Assembly (NCBI GenBank): GCA_964658025.1
Contig: CAZZXB010000057.1
Coordinates: forward strand, 1 to 17,971
From: an uncultured Janthinobacterium sp.
Lineage (GTDB): Bacteria > Vulcanimicrobiota > Vulcanimicrobiia > Vulcanimicrobiales > Vulcanimicrobiaceae
Direction of reading: 5' to 3'
DNA: 17,971 nt
In this document: positions 10,010 through 17,116 of the stretch, piece after piece
How positions within the stretch are numbered: the stretch's first letter is position 1
Layout: every line of letters starts with the position of its first letter
Made by a program: the position numbers and the translations under genes
The notes under the pieces: generated by a model
The model's database searches: none
Seen by the model: only the letters and a program-made list of their open reading frames with translations
Told to the model about the DNA's origin: nothing

Positions 10010-10701
10010 GCGCCGAACACGAGGCGCTCGGCGATCCGCACGACGTCCGCGATGCACGCGTCGTCGAGCGCCTCGCCCGGTTCGCGAAGCGTGCGCGCGA
10101 GCAGACCGTCGAGCACGTACACGAGACCCGACGCGAGCGTCCGCGGCGCTTCGCCGAGCACGACGCGCGCGTCGCGGAGTTTGCCGAGATAGCTTTCGAG
10201 CACCGCGAGCAACCCGTCGCGCCACCGTCGGTCGCCGAGCACCACCCGCCGCGTCAATCCCGGGCGCGCGCTCAACGACGCGAGCAGCGACTCGAGCCAC
10301 GCGCGCAGGCACGCGCGGTGCGCGCCGCGTTTGACGACGTCGAGCGGCGGCAACTTCCCGAGCACGTCTTCGACGAGCAACGCGTACGCCGCGGCGAGCG
10401 CGCTCTCCCGATCGGCGAAATGTCGGTAAAACGTGGTGCGCGAGAGATCCGCCGCCCGCGTCACGACGTCGACCGTCACGAACGCCACGTCGCGCGTTTC
10501 GATCAACTGCAAGATCGCGGCCAGGATCCGCTCGCGCGGACTTTCCGGTTTGCGAGGTCTCGCCCGGCGGACCGTCGTTCCGTCGAACCGCCCGACGTAC
10601 GTCCAGACCCGACGCATCCGGCCCGTCCCGACATCGCGCGAGGCATCGACGCGATAGACGTACTCGCGTCCGCCGACGCGCTTCAGGACTTCGTGAGCCA
10701 C
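9979..10701 (-). CDS. TetR/AcrR-family transcriptional regulator with an extra N-terminal beta-rich domain
   Basis: HTH RERILAAILQLI...VTVDVVTRAADLSRTTFYRHFADRESAL. Start placed at GTG 10701 (GGAAG about 6 nt upstream); alternative GTG at 10743. 3' end overlaps the convergent SDR gene by 31 nt. Confidence 0.85.
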   Translation of the reverse strand: MAHEVLKRVGGREYVYRVDASRDVGTGRMRRVWTYVGRFDGTTVRRARPRKPESPRERILAAILQLIETRDVAFVTVDVVTRAADLSRTTFYRHFADRESALAAAYALLVEDVLGKLPPLDVVKRGAHRACLRAWLESLLASLSARPGLTRRVVLGDRRWRDGLLAVLESYLGKLRDARVVLGEAPRTLASGLVYVLDGLLARTLREPGEALDDACIADVVRIAERLVFGAQPSGARSTR

Positions 10702-10743
10702 GCGTGGCTTCCGGTCCGACGGCGCGAAACGGATGACGAACAC

Positions 10744-10890
10744 AACAATCTGGGGGGTGAACTACCCACGGCGGCCGTGGAAAACCTCTCATATATGGAG
10801 ATTGACAAATTCATCGGGCGCTCGTTTCAAAGCAATCCGCGCAGGTTAATTATACGTTTGCGGGTGTAGACAACGTCGACACGAGTTGCG
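10744..10890. promoter_or_regulatory. Divergent promoter region with candidate operators
   Basis: AT-richer intergenic stretch. Perfect palindrome CCACGGC-G-GCCGTGG (10766-10780), near-palindrome GTGTAGAC-AAC-GTCGACAC (10864-10882), TATAAT on the minus strand (10849-10854), TTGACA on the plus strand (10802-10807). Confidence 0.55.
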
Positions 10891-12546
10891 GTGCGGAAGA
10901 GGTCCTTTTTGGTTTTGCGGAAGCGTAATACGTTCGTAGCATTCTTGCTCGCGTCGCTTTGTTACGCTCCGGCCGTCGCGCATCCGCTCGGCAATTTTAC
11001 GATCAACCACTTAACGAAGCTCGCGTTCTCGCCCGGGCACGTCCGCGTCCGCTACGTCCTCGACATGGCCGAGATCCCGACGTTCACGGCGATGCGGGAC
11101 GCGAGCGCCACGGGTAAGCTCGCAGGCGCCGACCTCGCGAAATGGGGCGCCGCGCAAGCCGCCACGCTCCTCCCCGAACTCCATCTCGACGCGAACGGCG
11201 CGCCCGTCGCGCTCGCGGTCGCCGATGTGACGACGCGCACGCGGCCGGGCGCGGGCGGCCTTCCGACGATCTATCTCGCGCTCGATGCCACGGCCGCGCT
11301 CCCCACGGGGGCGAGATCGCGCGACGTCGCGTTTCGCGACGACACCTATCCCGGCCGACTCGGCTGGCACGACGTCGTCGTCGCGCCCCAAACCGAGCCG
11401 ACGCACGAACTCACGGCGTACCCGAGCGCGCTGATCGGGTCGCCCCGCAATACGACCTCGGTCGCGATCGCGCTCGATCCGAACGCCCGCGCGACCGTGA
11501 CGTCGACGAATGCCGACGTCGCGGCGGGAGCGTCCGGCGGCGGCGTGCCCACGGTCTCGGCGGCGCGTTCGAACCAGCTCTCCGACATGCTCGCGAAGGG
11601 GACGGGCGACTGGGGTTTCGTCGCGCTCACGTTCGTCGTCGCGATCGCCCTCGGCGCGCTCCACGCGCTCGAACCGGGCCACGGCAAGACGTTGCTCGCG
11701 ATCTCGCTCGTCGGCGCCCGCGCGACCGTGAAGCAGGCCGCCATCCTCGCCGCGGCGCTCACGATCGCGCACACGATCGGCGTGCTCGCCCTCGGCGTCG
11801 CGATCAATCTCTTCAAAGGCTACTTCGTCCCCGAGACGATCTACCCGTGGATCACGCTCGTCTCGGGGATCGCGATCGCGATCATCGGCGCGCGCGCCGT
11901 GCAACGGCAGATCGAATCGCGGCGCCCGCTCGCCCACGCGCACGCGCACGGCCACGCGGCGACCCATCCGCACGACCACACGCACGTTCACGGCGCCCAC
12001 GAACACGACCATCACGCCCACGCGCACGACGCGCACGACCACGGCGGGGTCGCCCATAGCCACGCGGCGGGTCACGGGCACGATCACGACGATCTCGAGC
12101 ACGCGCGGGCGCACGCGATCCCCGGGACCGCGCCGCTCACGTTCGGCGGCACCGTCTGGGCGGCGATGAGCGGCGGCGTCGCGCCCTGCCCGGCCGCGCT
12201 CGTCGTGCTGCTCGCCGCGCTCGCGCTCAACGAAGTCGCCTACGGCATCTTCGTCATCGTCGCGTTCAGTTTCGGGCTCGCGATCACGCTCACCGGGCTC
12301 GGCATCGCGGTCGTCCGCGGCGCGGGCTGGTTACAGCGTCGGCCGATGTTCGATCGCTTCGTGCAGTACGGTCCGCTCGTCTCGGCGATCTTCATCTCGA
12401 CGATCGGCGCCGTGATGGTCGGGCAGGGCTTCGCCGAACGCGGCTACGCCGTCTCGCCGCTCGCGGTCACGGGGATCGTCGCGCTCGCGATCCTCGGCTA
12501 CGCGTTCTCGCATCCCTTCGCGCACCGTCACGTGGAGACCGCATGA
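10891..12546 (+). CDS. RcnA-like nickel/cobalt transporter (NicO superfamily) with exported N-terminal domain and His-rich loop
   Basis: Signal peptide ending AVA|HPLGNFTINH; LGALHALEPGHGKT signature; AHTIG; 24 His in 60 aa (11935-12114); GVAPCPAAL; FSFGLA. True start may be TTG 10909 or 10915 after GAAGAGG. Confidence 0.9.
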   Translation: MRKRSFLVLRKRNTFVAFLLASLCYAPAVAHPLGNFTINHLTKLAFSPGHVRVRYVLDMAEIPTFTAMRDASATGKLAGADLAKWGAAQAATLLPELHLDANGAPVALAVADVTTRTRPGAGGLPTIYLALDATAALPTGARSRDVAFRDDTYPGRLGWHDVVVAPQTEPTHELTAYPSALIGSPRNTTSVAIALDPNARATVTSTNADVAAGASGGGVPTVSAARSNQLSDMLAKGTGDWGFVALTFVVAIALGALHALEPGHGKTLLAISLVGARATVKQAAILAAALTIAHTIGVLALGVAINLFKGYFVPETIYPWITLVSGIAIAIIGARAVQRQIESRRPLAHAHAHGHAATHPHDHTHVHGAHEHDHHAHAHDAHDHGGVAHSHAAGHGHDHDDLEHARAHAIPGTAPLTFGGTVWAAMSGGVAPCPAALVVLLAALALNEVAYGIFVIVAFSFGLAITLTGLGIAVVRGAGWLQRRPMFDRFVQYGPLVSAIFISTIGAVMVGQGFAERGYAVSPLAVTGIVALAILGYAFSHPFAHRHVETA

Positions 12547-13349
12547 TCGGGATCGGGGCGTTCGCGGTGTTCGCGCTCGGCCTGCGTCACGGAGCGGACC
12601 CCGATCACATCGCCGCGATCGACAACCTCACGCGGAATTCGTTCGAGAAACGCCCGTGGCTCAGCCGCTTCTGCGGTACGCTCTTCGCGGGCGGCCACTC
12701 GATCATGGTGCTCTCGATCGCGGCGCTCGTCGGCGTCCTCGGCTCGCATCTCGGTCCGTACGGCCCGACGATCGAGACGATCGGCACGTGGATCAGCATC
12801 GTCGTGCTCGTCGCGATCGCGTTGCTCAACCTGCAGCAACTCCGCACCGGCGGCACGCGGATCACGGGCGTGAAGACGCGCCTGTTACCGAAGGTGCTCC
12901 GCGAGGCGACGAGTCCGTGGGTCGCCGTCCCCGTGGGATTATTGTTCGGATTCGGGTTCGAGACGTCGAGTCAGATCGCGACGTACGCGGTCGCGTTCGG
13001 CGTCGACTCGGGTCTGCTCGGCGCGTTACTCGTCGGCGCGGCGTTCTGCCTCGGCATGATCTGCACCGACACCCTCGATAGCATTCTCGTGCACCGACTC
13101 GTTTCGGCCCGCACGAGCTTACAACCGCGCGCGATGCGCGTTTGGATCGTCACCGTGACGATCGTGGCCCTGGCCGTCGCCGGATACGAGCTCGCACAAG
13201 TGCTCGGCTGGCAGAGTCCGGTCCCCGACATCGACGTCAGCATCGCGATCGTCGCGGTTCTGACGATCGTCTTCGCCTACGTTTTCGCCTCGACGCGAAA
13301 CGCGCGGAGCGAGCCCGTCCCAGCACCAGCACCCGGTACACTCTCGTGA
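12543..13349 (+). CDS. HoxN/HupN/NixA-family (NiCoT) nickel/cobalt permease
   Basis: LGLRHGADPDHIAAID (canonical RHAxDADH), FAGGHS, GLLFGFGFETSSQ (canonical LFGLGFDTATE), GMxxxDTLD; multiple hydrophobic segments; ATGA overlap with the upstream gene. Confidence 0.9.
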   Translation: MIGIGAFAVFALGLRHGADPDHIAAIDNLTRNSFEKRPWLSRFCGTLFAGGHSIMVLSIAALVGVLGSHLGPYGPTIETIGTWISIVVLVAIALLNLQQLRTGGTRITGVKTRLLPKVLREATSPWVAVPVGLLFGFGFETSSQIATYAVAFGVDSGLLGALLVGAAFCLGMICTDTLDSILVHRLVSARTSLQPRAMRVWIVTVTIVALAVAGYELAQVLGWQSPVPDIDVSIAIVAVLTIVFAYVFASTRNARSEPVPAPAPGTLS

Positions 13350-13363
13350 GAGGAAGCAATCCC

Positions 13364-14263
13364 ATGCAACTCAAGAAGATCATCGGATCGGCAACGGCGG
13401 TCGTCGCCATTGCCGTCGCCGGCGTTCTCTACGCCGTTCACCCGGCGAAGGGTTCGGATCACCAAGATACCTACAATCTCGCGCAACAGGTCGGCCACAA
13501 CGCCTCGGCCGACATCACCGACGTCTACGTGTTCCCGGCACCGGATAACGCGAATAACGTCGTCCTCGCGATGGACGTTTTCCCGCTCATCCCGACCGGA
13601 ATGGGCCCGAGCAAAGTGTTCGACCCGACGCTGATGTGGCAGTTCAAGATCTCGCACGGCGCCGCGACGAGCCCCGAAGATCAGACGATCCAGTTCTCCG
13701 CCTCGGGCGCGAGCTCGAGCCAGATCCTCACGATGTACGGCCCCGGTAAGGTGAGCAACGTCGGTACGACGAGCACGTTCATCTCGCCCTCGACCGGTTC
13801 GACGACGCTCGGCAACACGGCGAACCTCCAGAACAATACGATCAAGTTCTATGCGGGCCCGCGCGCCGATCCGTTCACGTTCGATCTGTTCGCGTTCTTC
13901 TCGTTCCTGGGCGATCGTAATTTCGCGACGCACACGAGCCAGACCGATCCGGGCACGTACAGCGCCGCGACGCCGTTCTCGAACGGCAACACCGTGCCGC
14001 CCACCAACGGTCTCGCACCGGCTTACGATCAAGCCGCCGCTCGTGCGACCGCGCCGAGCTTCAACGGCTTCACCGCCGGAACGATGAGCGGAACCGGAGC
14101 CGGCGCGTACGCGTGCAGCACGAATCCGGCCACGAACGTTCTCGGCGGATTCAACGTCCTCTCGTTCGTCGTGGAAGTGCCGAAATCGCTTCTCGAGCCG
14201 ACGGGAGCAAGTCACAGCATCAACGTCTGGGCGACCGTCAGCTCGTCCACGACGACGAACTAG
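13364..14263 (+). CDS. Secreted DUF4331-like protein, N-terminal half, copy 1 (299 aa)
   Basis: ATG 13364 after GAGAGGAAG; signal peptide ending AKG|SDHQD; ADITDVYVF, AGPRADPFTFD, NVLSFVVEVP, VWATVS match my recollection of DUF4331 N-terminal motifs. Confidence 0.8.
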   Translation: MQLKKIIGSATAVVAIAVAGVLYAVHPAKGSDHQDTYNLAQQVGHNASADITDVYVFPAPDNANNVVLAMDVFPLIPTGMGPSKVFDPTLMWQFKISHGAATSPEDQTIQFSASGASSSQILTMYGPGKVSNVGTTSTFISPSTGSTTLGNTANLQNNTIKFYAGPRADPFTFDLFAFFSFLGDRNFATHTSQTDPGTYSAATPFSNGNTVPPTNGLAPAYDQAAARATAPSFNGFTAGTMSGTGAGAYACSTNPATNVLGGFNVLSFVVEVPKSLLEPTGASHSINVWATVSSSTTTN

Positions 14264-14276
14264 GAGCCGCACACAC

Positions 14277-14861
14277 ATGAATAAGTACATCCAACGTCTC
14301 GCGGTCGTCGGCGGCTTCGGTCTCGTCCTCGCCGGTTGCGGCGGCAGCGGCAACCCCGTCTTCACGCCCGGAACGCCGGCGACGACGACCAAGACCTACA
14401 CGCAGATCGAGCGCCTCTCGCGCCCGGCGATCAAGGAAGTCTTCGAAGGCTTCGTCCAGCACCAGACGTCGAACGCGACGGAACCGTACGACACGACCAA
14501 CGACCCGTTGTACGCGAACATCAAGGGTACGGAAGATCTCCTGCGTCCGCCGAAAAACGGTCTCGACTACGGTGCGACGCTTCAGAGCATCCTCTATCCC
14601 GACGTCCTGCGCGTGAACCTCGACGGCACGGCGGGCGGATACCTCGGCGTCGAAACCGGAAACACCGCGGCGAGCTTCGGTGGTCGCAATCCGAACGACG
14701 ACGTCATCGCGACCTCGCTCGGCGCGCTGTTCGGCAACACGCTATCGAAACTCGGCGTGATCGGCGACGACGGTCAGGAGAACACCTGTATCGCACAGGA
14801 GAACACGCCGCCGACCGTCGCGACGACGACGACGTTCCCGTATCTCCAGCAAGCACACTAA
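14277..14861 (+). CDS. Lipoprotein, DUF4331-like C-terminal half, copy 1 (194 aa)
   Basis: AGGAG RBS at 14262-14266; lipobox LAG|C; QIERLSRPAI, PDVL, GGRNPNDDVI, FPYLQQAH end match recalled DUF4331 C-terminal motifs. Confidence 0.8.
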   Translation: MNKYIQRLAVVGGFGLVLAGCGGSGNPVFTPGTPATTTKTYTQIERLSRPAIKEVFEGFVQHQTSNATEPYDTTNDPLYANIKGTEDLLRPPKNGLDYGATLQSILYPDVLRVNLDGTAGGYLGVETGNTAASFGGRNPNDDVIATSLGALFGNTLSKLGVIGDDGQENTCIAQENTPPTVATTTTFPYLQQAH

Positions 14862-14879
14862 CCACCCGTTAACGGAAAC

Positions 14880-14914
14880 GAAAGGTCCGCGGCGCTTCGC
14901 CGCGGACCTTTCTC
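14880..14914 (+). terminator. Strong intergenic hairpin (partial terminator or mRNA-stabilising stem) inside the cluster
   Basis: GAAAGGTCCGCGGCG(14880-14894)-CTT-CGCCGCGGACCTTTC(14898-14912): perfect 15-bp stem with only a short T tail. Confidence 0.7.
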
Positions 14915-14924
14915 GTAAGGCACC

Positions 14925-16280
14925 ATGAACCAACACGTCGCCAAACCCGGTTTCATCCGCTCGCCCTGGCTCGTCGTCGCCGTCGCCGTCGTCGCGATCG
15001 CGCTCTGGCCCGTCTTCGCGCAACATCGCGAGGAGAGCGCGCGGATCGCGTCGTTACCGACGATGGCGCCCGTCACGGCCGACTACACCTACCGCGACAA
15101 GACGATCGCGTTCTGGGAAGGCGCGACGCGCAAGAACATCGGCGACGACATGCTCAGCCCGCGTCAGCTCGCGGATCAGTACCTCCAACGCTACCGCGAA
15201 CGCGGCGATATCGACGACGTCTTCCGCGCGCGCGCGATGGCGCTCCGCTCGCTGAAGGCACAGCCGCGCGGGAATCTCGGCGCCGATGCGGAGCTCGCGT
15301 CCGTCGACCTCACGCTCCACCAGTTCAAAGCCGCGCTCGCGGAAACGAAGTTCATCGAGAGCTACGATCCGAGCGACCCGCAGATGCAGATCCGCGAGGC
15401 GTCGCTCGATCTCGAACTCGGCGATTACGCCGCGGCGAAACGCCTCATCGACAGACTTCCCGCGCAGTCCGACTTCAACGCGATCCCGCGCGACACGCTC
15501 GTCACGCGGTACGACGAACTCACGGGCCATCTCGCGGACGCGCGCCTGCTGTTCCAACGACCGACGGCGTACGCGAACGCGCAGTTCGACGCGCCCGCGC
15601 AGTCACGCGCGTGGTTCTTCTTCCGCTCGGGCGAGCTCGCGTTCGAGGCGGGCGACAACGACGGCGCGATCGCCTTCGAGAAACGCGCGCTCGACGTCTT
15701 CCCGAGCGACGTCGACGCGTCGCGCGCCGCCGCACGCTTCTCGTGCGCGCTCCAGCGTTGGAGCGATTGCCTCAGTTACGCCATCGCGTCCGCGAACGTC
15801 ATTCCCTATCCCGAAACGCTCGGGTACGAGGCCGACGCGCAACGAGCGCTCGGCAAGACGGACGACGCGAGGAAGACCGACGACCTCATCCGCACGATCG
15901 AACGCATCGGCAACACCCAACGGATCTCCGACCGCCTGCTCGCGATCTATTATTCGGAGCACCGTCTCTATCCGGACGACGCCTATCGCATCGCCAAACG
16001 CGAACTCCAAGTCCGCGACGACATCTTCACCCAGGACACGCTCGCGTGGGCCGCGGCGATGGACGGGCGCTGGACCGAGGCGCGCGCCGAAGAGGCGAAA
16101 GCGATCCGCTTCGATACGGAGAATTCCCTGATGCAGTACCACGCGGGCGCGATCGCCGATCACTTCGGCGATGCGGCCGAAGCGAAGCGCCGATACGCCC
16201 GCGCCCTCGCGCTGAACCCACAATTCCACGCCGTCTACGCGAACGACGCGCGGACGCGTCTCGCCGCTCTCGGCGGGTAG
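14925..16280 (+). CDS. Membrane-anchored/exported tetratricopeptide-repeat protein
   Basis: N-terminal hydrophobic segment WLVVAVAVVAIALWPVF; TPR-like helical repeats (LDLELGDYAAAKRLI, ELAFEAGDNDGAIAFEKRALDVFP, YHAGAIADHFGDAAEAKRRYARALALNPQF). Confidence 0.85.
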   Translation: MNQHVAKPGFIRSPWLVVAVAVVAIALWPVFAQHREESARIASLPTMAPVTADYTYRDKTIAFWEGATRKNIGDDMLSPRQLADQYLQRYRERGDIDDVFRARAMALRSLKAQPRGNLGADAELASVDLTLHQFKAALAETKFIESYDPSDPQMQIREASLDLELGDYAAAKRLIDRLPAQSDFNAIPRDTLVTRYDELTGHLADARLLFQRPTAYANAQFDAPAQSRAWFFFRSGELAFEAGDNDGAIAFEKRALDVFPSDVDASRAAARFSCALQRWSDCLSYAIASANVIPYPETLGYEADAQRALGKTDDARKTDDLIRTIERIGNTQRISDRLLAIYYSEHRLYPDDAYRIAKRELQVRDDIFTQDTLAWAAAMDGRWTEARAEEAKAIRFDTENSLMQYHAGAIADHFGDAAEAKRRYARALALNPQFHAVYANDARTRLAALGG

Positions 16281-16286
16281 CCGCGG

Positions 16287-16319
16287 CCGAACGCGAGCGA
16301 GGCTTTGAGCGGCGTTCGG
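16287..16319. promoter_or_regulatory. Intergenic inverted repeat before the second DUF4331-like pair
   Basis: CCGAACGC(16287-16294)-17 nt-GCGTTCGG(16312-16319); may be chance in GC-rich DNA. Confidence 0.25.
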
Positions 16320-16335
16320 GCGTAGACGGACGGTC

Positions 16336-17109
16336 ATGCAAGTCTCCCGTCTCATCGCCGGGGCGAGCGCCGTCTGTGCCCTCTCGGCCGCGGCCGTCCT
16401 CTTCGCGCACGCACCCGCTCGAGGGTTCGATTTTCAGGGCGCGCCCGCGCTCGTGAAGCACCCGGCCGCCGACATCACCGATACGTACCTGTTCCCGAGC
16501 CCGACGAACGCGAGCAACGTCGTCGCCGTGATGGACGTCTATCCGAACATCCCCGCGGGCGCCGGGAAGACGACGTTCTTCGACAACACCGTGCTCTACA
16601 CGATGAAGTTCGACAATAATTATGGTGCCGAATCGACGACGGGCGGCCGACCGGTCGAAAATCTCGTCCTGCAGTTCTCGTTCGGCACGTCGACGACGGG
16701 TTCGCAGACGGTGACCGTGTACGGTCCCGCCGCGCCGACGACCGGCGCGGGCGCGTCATCGAAGCTCGTCACGTCGACCGGAAGCGGTTTCGTGAATTCT
16801 TCGTTCGCGCTCGTGACGACGTCGCCGATCACGGTCTTCGCAGGCGCCCGCCGCAATCCGGCATTCTTCAACGCATCGCAGTTCTTCAACATCTTCCCCG
16901 ATCGCAATCAGGGAAGCACGTCGAAGACGTGTCTGCCGAGCGGAACGAACACGTGCCCCGCGGGATTCGCGTCCGGAGCGCCGACCGATTATTTCGCGAA
17001 CTCGAACGTGCTCTCGATCGTCGTCGAACTACCGAAATCGCTCTTGGCCGGTACCGGAAACGGCGTCACCGCCTTTTGGGCCACGACGAGTTCGCAGAGT
17101 GGGAGCTAG
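16336..17109 (+). CDS. Secreted DUF4331-like protein, N-terminal half, copy 2 (divergent paralog of 13364-14263)
   Basis: Signal peptide ending ARG|FDFQG; ADITDTYLFPSP..NVVAVMDVYP, AGARRNPAFFN, NVLSIVVELPKSLL, FWATTS align with copy 1. Confidence 0.8.
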   Translation: MQVSRLIAGASAVCALSAAAVLFAHAPARGFDFQGAPALVKHPAADITDTYLFPSPTNASNVVAVMDVYPNIPAGAGKTTFFDNTVLYTMKFDNNYGAESTTGGRPVENLVLQFSFGTSTTGSQTVTVYGPAAPTTGAGASSKLVTSTGSGFVNSSFALVTTSPITVFAGARRNPAFFNASQFFNIFPDRNQGSTSKTCLPSGTNTCPAGFASGAPTDYFANSNVLSIVVELPKSLLAGTGNGVTAFWATTSSQSGS

Positions 17110-17116
17110 ACCGCAC

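Noticed and set aside
10585..10701. Transposase remnant or IS element
   Set aside because: No DDE domain or terminal repeats; the segment is fused in frame to an intact TetR.
10802..10832. TTGACA as a complete sigma70 promoter for the cluster
   Set aside because: At 17-nt spacing the -10 position reads TTTCAA, a poor match; kept only as a component of the regulatory region.
10744..10890. NiCo or cobalamin riboswitch upstream of the transporters
   Set aside because: No recognisable multi-stem architecture or B12 box by eye; a covariance-model search would be needed to exclude it fully.
14255..14280. DUF4331 split as a frameshifted or nonsense pseudogene
   Set aside because: The downstream half has its own RBS and lipoprotein signal, and the same architecture is repeated in copy 2.
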